A stretch of DNA of 64,000 bases from Schizosaccharomyces osmophilus (Eukaryota), in assembly GCF_027921745.1 (NCBI RefSeq), contig NC_079239.1:1488001-1552000 (forward strand), written 5' to 3'. The position numbers were made by a program, and so were the translations under genes. The first letter of the stretch is position 1; each line of letters begins with the position of its first letter. The notes beneath the pieces were generated by a model. The model was not told the origin of the DNA and searched no databases. It saw only the letters and a program-made list of their open reading frames with translations. This document shows, piece by piece, positions 58,030 through 64,000 of this stretch.

Positions 58030-58622
58030 AAAAAAAAAGAAATTACATTCAATTCCATTTATGTTCTTCCCTGATCCCTACTTTCTTACAAAAACAAATT
58101 TAACAAAGCGAGGTTTATTTTATTCCCTTTTCTTCTTCCTGTACAAAGAGACATATTATTTCAGTTTTGGCTTTATTTATTAGGTTTCTAAGTTGGTTTT
58201 TTCTTTCTGCATACCTATTATTGCTTGTTTAGTGGCACCTTTCATCCTTATTCCCCTAGTCCTCAGCTTTAGATCATTCTATCTCAGTAATCTAAAGGCT
58301 TTTTTGGTTGGTTTCCTTGTACGAAGAAAACATGCACTTTCGCGTTCCTTTTTTTTCTTGTTCTGTCTTTTGCGTCCTGGTCCGCTTACTCTACAAAAAC
58401 TTTTTGATTGTTTTAGATTCATGAAGCTGGTAATTTTAGATCCAATAACTATGTAAAAATTAATTATTTATGAAGCTTATAAACCAATCTTTCACCTCTT
58501 TCTTCTTGGTCTTCTTCCCATTCTCATTCAGTATAGTGCATTTTAGCGTATATCCCTAATTGGGTTTCTACTATGAAAGTTGTGATGCTGGGAGTTGCCT
58601 TTTACCAAACTCTCTGCTCGCA

Positions 58623-60557
58623 ATGTCGTCTGAGTACAAGTATGATGAACAGGGACAATTCTTTCCAGTGTTTTTGCTGGTTGGTGTGTCTTGCTTCATC
58701 ATTCCCATGACTATTTCAAGTCTTTTTGGTCAAATCTGTAAGTGACACCAGGATGAATTCAAGTTTGTTAACATATATGGCATTGCAGCATCTAAAAAAA
58801 ATGATTCTATTTCAGATCCATTTGCTGCGTATCGTCCAAAAGACGTTTTAAAAAAGAAAGAATCCAAAATTCGTTTACGGTAAGGAAATTAGGTGTCTAT
58901 ACAATACTAATTCATGTCCTTTTTTTATAGACATTTTATTATTTTTATCGGATGGGCTGTCATTGGTTATTTGTCTTATCGAGTTGCTTTTACCAAACTG
59001 AGCTTTAATGTCTGGGATCCGTACGAAATTTTGGGCATACCAAAAAACATGGCTGTAGATGACATTCGGCGTCATTACAAGCGACTTTCGATAACGTTTC
59101 ATCCGGACAAAATAAGAAGCTTGGTCAACACGACCAGAGAGGAGGTTGAAGCTAAATACATAGAACTTACCACTGCCTACAGAGCCTTGACGGACGAGGA
59201 AACTCGTGAAAATTACGTTCTTTATGGTACGCCTGACGTGCCCCAAAACATTGATATTGGAATTGCGCTTCCGAAGTGGATTGCAGATTCGAGCAATAGC
59301 ATTTACGTACTTGGATTTTATGGTCTTATTTTCGGCATTTTCTTGCCCTATAGTGTCGGTCGTTGGTGGTATGGTAGCAGAACTTACACCCGTGACCAAG
59401 TGCACGTTGGAAGTGTAGATGCTTGGTTTCCCAAGATTCACGAAAATTTGGAGATGGAGGACATTGTGCAACTGTTAGCCTCTAGCAAAGAACTTCAAAT
59501 ACCCTCTTCGCCTGACATTTCCAAAGCGACTGTCGTACGACTCTTGCAAAGTCACCTTCATCGGAAGGATAAGTCGAATCTTGATATGCAGCGATTGTTA
59601 TCTGAAACAGACTTGGTGATGAATGCATTGGTATCTGTTATCTCTGCATATGGATTCTCAAAACCTACCGACAATGTATTTAAGCTTTGGCAACACATCG
59701 TTCAAGCAATCCCGTTGGAAATTCCACTTCCTTTGTTGCAACTGCCACATCTTCAATTTGAAGATGCTAAAAAGTTTGCTTCACGTGGTATTACCCGCAT
59801 CCCTCAATTCTTACGATTAGAGAAAGAAAAGGGCGTATCAGGCTATTCTAGTAAACAAATTCAAGAAATGGTAAAAGTTGCCAATAACATTCCTCGTATC
59901 TCAGTATTGGACTCTAAGGTACTAGTGGATGGAGATGATTTTGTAACTACCGGAGCCATTGCAAACTTTATTTTGCGTTTAAAATGCTCTTATGGAGAAG
60001 AAATTATGCCAGAGGTCAGCGTTGACGGTACAGAAGTGGCCACTGAGCAAGACAAAATTGATGCAGAACGTGTGCATATGGAAAAGGATGTTGTCCTGGG
60101 AGATTTGGAGGTTCTGCCTCATGCTTGGTCCCCTCATTTTACGCAATCTCATAAAACTGCTTGGTGGGTATATGTAGTAGATCCCCGTCAAAACCGAGTA
60201 ATTATTCCTCCATTCAGCATTACGGATATTCCACGCACCGAACGAACTATTCGTATACCTTTCCAGGTACCACCGGTAGAAGGTACCTTCAAATTTCAAA
60301 CGCATATTGTATCCAACTCTTACCTTGGAGAGGACATTGTAAGCAATTTGACGATTATAGTGAAAGATGCAGCAACGATCCAAGATGCTATCGTTGAAGA
60401 GGATGATTTTTCTGACGGCGAAGATGGACTTGTTGACGATTCATTTGAAAAACTTAAGCATGGCGTTGAAGGCACGCAAGACGACGAAGAATCTGACGAA
60501 GAGCATGATCCTAGTGCTAATGGTTTCAACACAGATACTTCTGAAGATGATGAGTAA
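58623..60557 (+). CDS. sec63: ER translocation J-protein Sec63; exons 58623-58737, 58789-58879, 58931-60557
   Basis: Y.YDEQGQFFP.F, WDPYEILG, HPDK J-domain, GIALPKW, Brl domain, acidic tail ending TDTSEDDE. Confidence 0.95.
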
Positions 60558-61232
60558 TTATGCAAGTAAAAACGTTAACGATGCAAAAAAAAGTACCCAG
60601 TCCCGCCGAGAAGTGTTTTTTAGTTTATTCGTTTTCCTTTTTGTTTTGTCTTCACTTGTTGCTTCCTTATCTTATTTTACGTACTTTAATTATTTGCAAG
60701 TCTATGGATAGGAACCAAAACTTGTATTTGGCGGCAAAGTCTTCTACTTAATAGCAAACTAATTGCATAGGTTTGCGATACTTTCATTTTTTTTTTTTCA
60801 TAGTACATTTTATTGTGGAATATATTGATTTGGAATTCGTTTTCCAGCTGAGACGCTCTTTTGATGATATAATATATAATTTATGGATTGAGCCATGAAA
60901 TCTCTATATTTCTAATGATTTATATGTTATGTTTATGTTCTATGTGAAAGCAAAGTTGAACCCAATTGTATACAAGTACGACTATTAAACTAGGAACGCT
61001 AATCCATGAAGTATTCAAAAAAATCAAATATAAAGTCAATAAAAAATGAAAATAATTAAGGTGATTAAGTGTAATGTCCAATTTCCGACTGAAAGAGCAT
61101 CAATTGCCAACACTGGATTTCTTTTGACCGGAGCAAAGCACTTGTAGTCAGTTTCAGTTGGGGCAAAAACATTCTTGCTTAGCAAGTACAAATAAAACAA
61201 GAAATTCCTTTTATTAAAATATATATATTTGA

Positions 61233-62432
61233 ATGATGGCAGCAGTAAAAAAGCTTCATGGAAGGGAATTTTATAAGAAACTTGGGTGTCCCAAGCGAAT
61301 ATTGGCTCCAATGGTAGATCAAAGTGAATTGCCCTGGAGAATTTTGGCAAGAAGATCAGGAGCCGACTTATGTTACAGTCCGATGTTTCATTCTAGATTG
61401 TTTAGCGAAAGTGAAGATTACCGTAGCAAAGTATTTTCTACTAGAGACATTCCTGAAGAAAAGCCTTTGATAATTCAATTTTGCGGGAATGATCCAGAAA
61501 TAATGCTAAAAGCAGCTCAGTTAGCAGCTCCTTATTGTGATGCTGTAGATTTGAATTTGGGTTGTCCCCAGGGTATTGCGAAAAAAGGTAAATATGGATC
61601 CTTTTTGCAAGACAATTGGCCTATAATCGAATCTATAATTAAAAAGTTGCATGAAGAGTTACCAATCCCTGTAACTGCTAAGATTCGCATTTTTCCTGAT
61701 CCGAAAAAGACGCTGGAATATGCAGAAATGATTCTCAATGCCGGCGCTTCATTTCTAGCTGTTCATGGACGCCTTCGTGAGCAAAAGGGACAATTTACTG
61801 GAGTGGCGGATTGGGAACAAATTAGCATGCTCCGCAAAAGCCTTCCTGCTGGCACGGTTTTGTTTGCCAACGGCAATATTCTTCATCCATGTGATATTGA
61901 CCGATGTATTGAAGCTACCGGTGTAGACGGTGTCATGTCTGCGGAAGGAAGTCTGTATAATCCCAAAATTTTTCTCCCCTCTAATTCCCCCATGAATATA
62001 TTATATCCTCGTGTCGATGACATCTGCGATGAATATTTGAACATTATACGTGAGTTCGGTCTTGATACAGATTATAGTACCCGTTCTGCCATTAAAGGCC
62101 ATATGTTTAAGTTAATGAGGCCTTTATTAAGTATCCATACAGATATTCGAAGTATGCTGGCCACAGAATGTACTCCCCGTGATTTTGAGAGCTTTCCTCG
62201 TGCTGTAGCTGCTCTCCGAAAGCGTCTAAATGAATGCAAAGAAAAGGATGAAATTCGTGAAGAAGACGAACCGAATGAAGAAAAAAAGGATGAACTTGGA
62301 TATCCCAAGATTCCTTGGTGGCGTGCTCAACCATATGTTCGTCCTTCAACAGAACCGTCTGTGACTAAACGGAAACTGGAAGAAGCGCCTGTTTCTGAAG
62401 CTCCGGTTAAAAAGTTGAATATAACTAGTTAG
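61233..62432 (+). CDS. dus1: tRNA dihydrouridine synthase
   Basis: LAPMVDQSELPWR, QFCGND, NLGCPQ, HGR, ANGNI, GVMSAEG.LYNP, PWWRAQPYVR. Confidence 0.92.
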   Translation: MMAAVKKLHGREFYKKLGCPKRILAPMVDQSELPWRILARRSGADLCYSPMFHSRLFSESEDYRSKVFSTRDIPEEKPLIIQFCGNDPEIMLKAAQLAAPYCDAVDLNLGCPQGIAKKGKYGSFLQDNWPIIESIIKKLHEELPIPVTAKIRIFPDPKKTLEYAEMILNAGASFLAVHGRLREQKGQFTGVADWEQISMLRKSLPAGTVLFANGNILHPCDIDRCIEATGVDGVMSAEGSLYNPKIFLPSNSPMNILYPRVDDICDEYLNIIREFGLDTDYSTRSAIKGHMFKLMRPLLSIHTDIRSMLATECTPRDFESFPRAVAALRKRLNECKEKDEIREEDEPNEEKKDELGYPKIPWWRAQPYVRPSTEPSVTKRKLEEAPVSEAPVKKLNITS

Positions 62433-62883
62433 AAAGTTGGGGTTAAAAGACTCTTTGAGAAAATGGAAACGAAGGAAAAATAGAGTTTGGTTTGGGTTAC
62501 TTTTCTACTTGATTGAGAATTGGATATTAGGTTGCATAAAAATATATACATTACGGACTTACATTCTTGAATGTAGAACATAAGTAAGAAGGTATATTAG
62601 GATGAATAAAACAGATGTAAAATATATTATGAACACACTAGCTTAACAAATGAAATTATGAAGAAGAATAAGAGGATGCGAAACTGAACGACTACATTGG
62701 AGAATTCTGTGAGCGTCAGTGGATTATAAAGTGAGCGATTAATAAAAAGGTAATTGAATTAGGAATAATTATAAACAATCCAAACGACAAATAATAATTA
62801 GCGATCATAAACATAAAGTACATAGTAAGCAAAGGAATGAAGTAAAAAAAAAAAATAGAACACCATCATAACATAAATGATAT

Positions 62884-63726
62884 CTAATGAAAGGTAGCGG
62901 CATGAACAGGGCATCCGGCAGCACCTGTACTTAGCCAGTCGCGATAACATTTTAAGTGGAACATACATAAGCAATATTCAATTCGCGCAACTTTGTCTCC
63001 CGGGGAGAATTCTTCAAAACATACTATACATTCTTCACCAACACAAGGTGAATTCTCCGTTATTTGAACGCTGATATACCGTCGAGCGTGTTTCAGGAAC
63101 TCCTTTATATTTGGGGGAGAAGACCCGTTATGATTGAAACAAGAAGCAATATGCTCTTCTCTTTCCCCTTGTGACTTAAACTTTGAAAGAGATACATAGC
63201 AAACTGGACATTCTATCATGTCATCAAGATTATTCGCATCATTTGCTGAAGGATTGCTTTCAGCACGAGGCAGTGGGAAACGGGTATAAGCTAAAACGGG
63301 AGGAGTGGATTCACCATCCATACAGGTGGGTATCGGAAAAGGAATATCAAGAGTTCTCAGCTCAGATAATTGATGATGGCAGTCTTCACATACGCGGACA
63401 ACGCACCACGTAGGCTCAGTTTCATAATCATTCGTAACATCATCTTCAACGCCATGAGAATCCTCGTCAAAAAGAGCTAATGGATCTAACGAATCTGTCG
63501 GATCGGCAGATATACTTATTGATGGAAGTTCAGCGGTATAATTTGAACAATTGGCACAGTATATCTTTCCACACCATCTACAATGGTGCTTTCGTCGGAA
63601 CCAATTAAAAGAAGATTCACAATGAGGACAAGAGATAGCATCTTCATCTGCTTGCCATTCTGCGGCGGGAGTGTCTATCAGTAGCTGGCACAAGGCAGGC
63701 GGATACGGTGACTCATTCTCATTCAT
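62884..63726 (-). CDS. pib1: FYVE-RING ubiquitin ligase
   Basis: WQAD..RRKHHCRWCG..RVC FYVE domain, ECPVC..HI..C zinc finger, C-terminal RING CIVCFEEF..C.C.FH..C..W..CPVH. Confidence 0.88.
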   Translation of the reverse strand: MNENESPYPPALCQLLIDTPAAEWQADEDAISCPHCESSFNWFRRKHHCRWCGKIYCANCSNYTAELPSISISADPTDSLDPLALFDEDSHGVEDDVTNDYETEPTWCVVRVCEDCHHQLSELRTLDIPFPIPTCMDGESTPPVLAYTRFPLPRAESNPSANDANNLDDMIECPVCYVSLSKFKSQGEREEHIASCFNHNGSSPPNIKEFLKHARRYISVQITENSPCVGEECIVCFEEFSPGDKVARIEYCLCMFHLKCYRDWLSTGAAGCPVHAATFH

Positions 63727-64000
63727 TCTGAATAGACGGCCACATGTAAATATTTCTGGTGTCGGAAGAATTTATATCGTACTATTATATGTAGATAGCT
63801 AATCTTCCTGCTTCTCGTAAACGAAAAAGCTGCCCGTTAGCTTGATTTAGCCAACTATGAGTGAAGGATAAAGAAAGGGACTGTACAAGCAATCAATTGC
63901 TTAAGCAGTTATATAAGATTGCAAATAAAGATAAAAAATAATAGTTTGTAAATAAAAATAGCCGAATTGGTGTAATTAACCAATTTCTGTGCAGAGTTTA

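Noticed and set aside
54419..60557. Sec61 paralogue and sec63 close together as a translocon cluster
   Set aside because: Separated by an unrelated gene, no shared motif seen, and consistent with ordinary conserved synteny.
1..64000. tRNA, 5S rRNA, LTR/Tf transposon, wtf gene or CRISPR array
   Set aside because: No A/B-box cloverleaf, 5S sequence, LTR pair, wtf-like exon or spaced repeat array recognised by eye. A tRNAscan-SE or Rfam run would be decisive.

Overview
Gene-dense fission-yeast (Schizosaccharomyces) euchromatin with short GT-AG introns and CTRAY branch sites. The proteins are diverged orthologues of S. pombe genes, in the order I recall for S. pombe chromosome II cosmids SPBC24C6, SPBC19G7 and SPBC36B7. 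The species is probably in the octosporus/cryophilus/osmophilus clade; this is inferred, partly from a GGGTTACTT tandem repeat. I call 31 CDSs: mitochondrial ProRS (partial), put2, sec28, gpa1, cdc14, bhd1, phosphoketolase, coa6, dip1, cwf14, msh2, abz2, rps30, a GCNA/SprT-HMG gene, bgs1, mbx1, ppr3, art1, ulp1, pdc2, an orphan two-TM protein, tbf1, cog5, nup44, tom5, iws1, a Sec61 paralogue, an Svf1-family gene, sec63, dus1 and pib1. Exon boundaries were worked out by hand, and rps30 and tom5 are missing from the ORF track. I saw no tRNA, rRNA, transposon or CRISPR. I cannot demonstrate a new biological system here. The best leads are: (1) an internal tandem telomere-type repeat beside an A/T-rich origin-like tract upstream of art1; (2) an unusually long, foldable intron in the Sec61 paralogue; (3) a 171-bp divergent promoter shared by a ribosomal-protein gene (HomolD) and a GCNA-like gene (three forkhead/FLEX sites); (4) a possible orphan or decayed gene between sec28 and gpa1; (5) an orphan protein with an OCIA-like layout.
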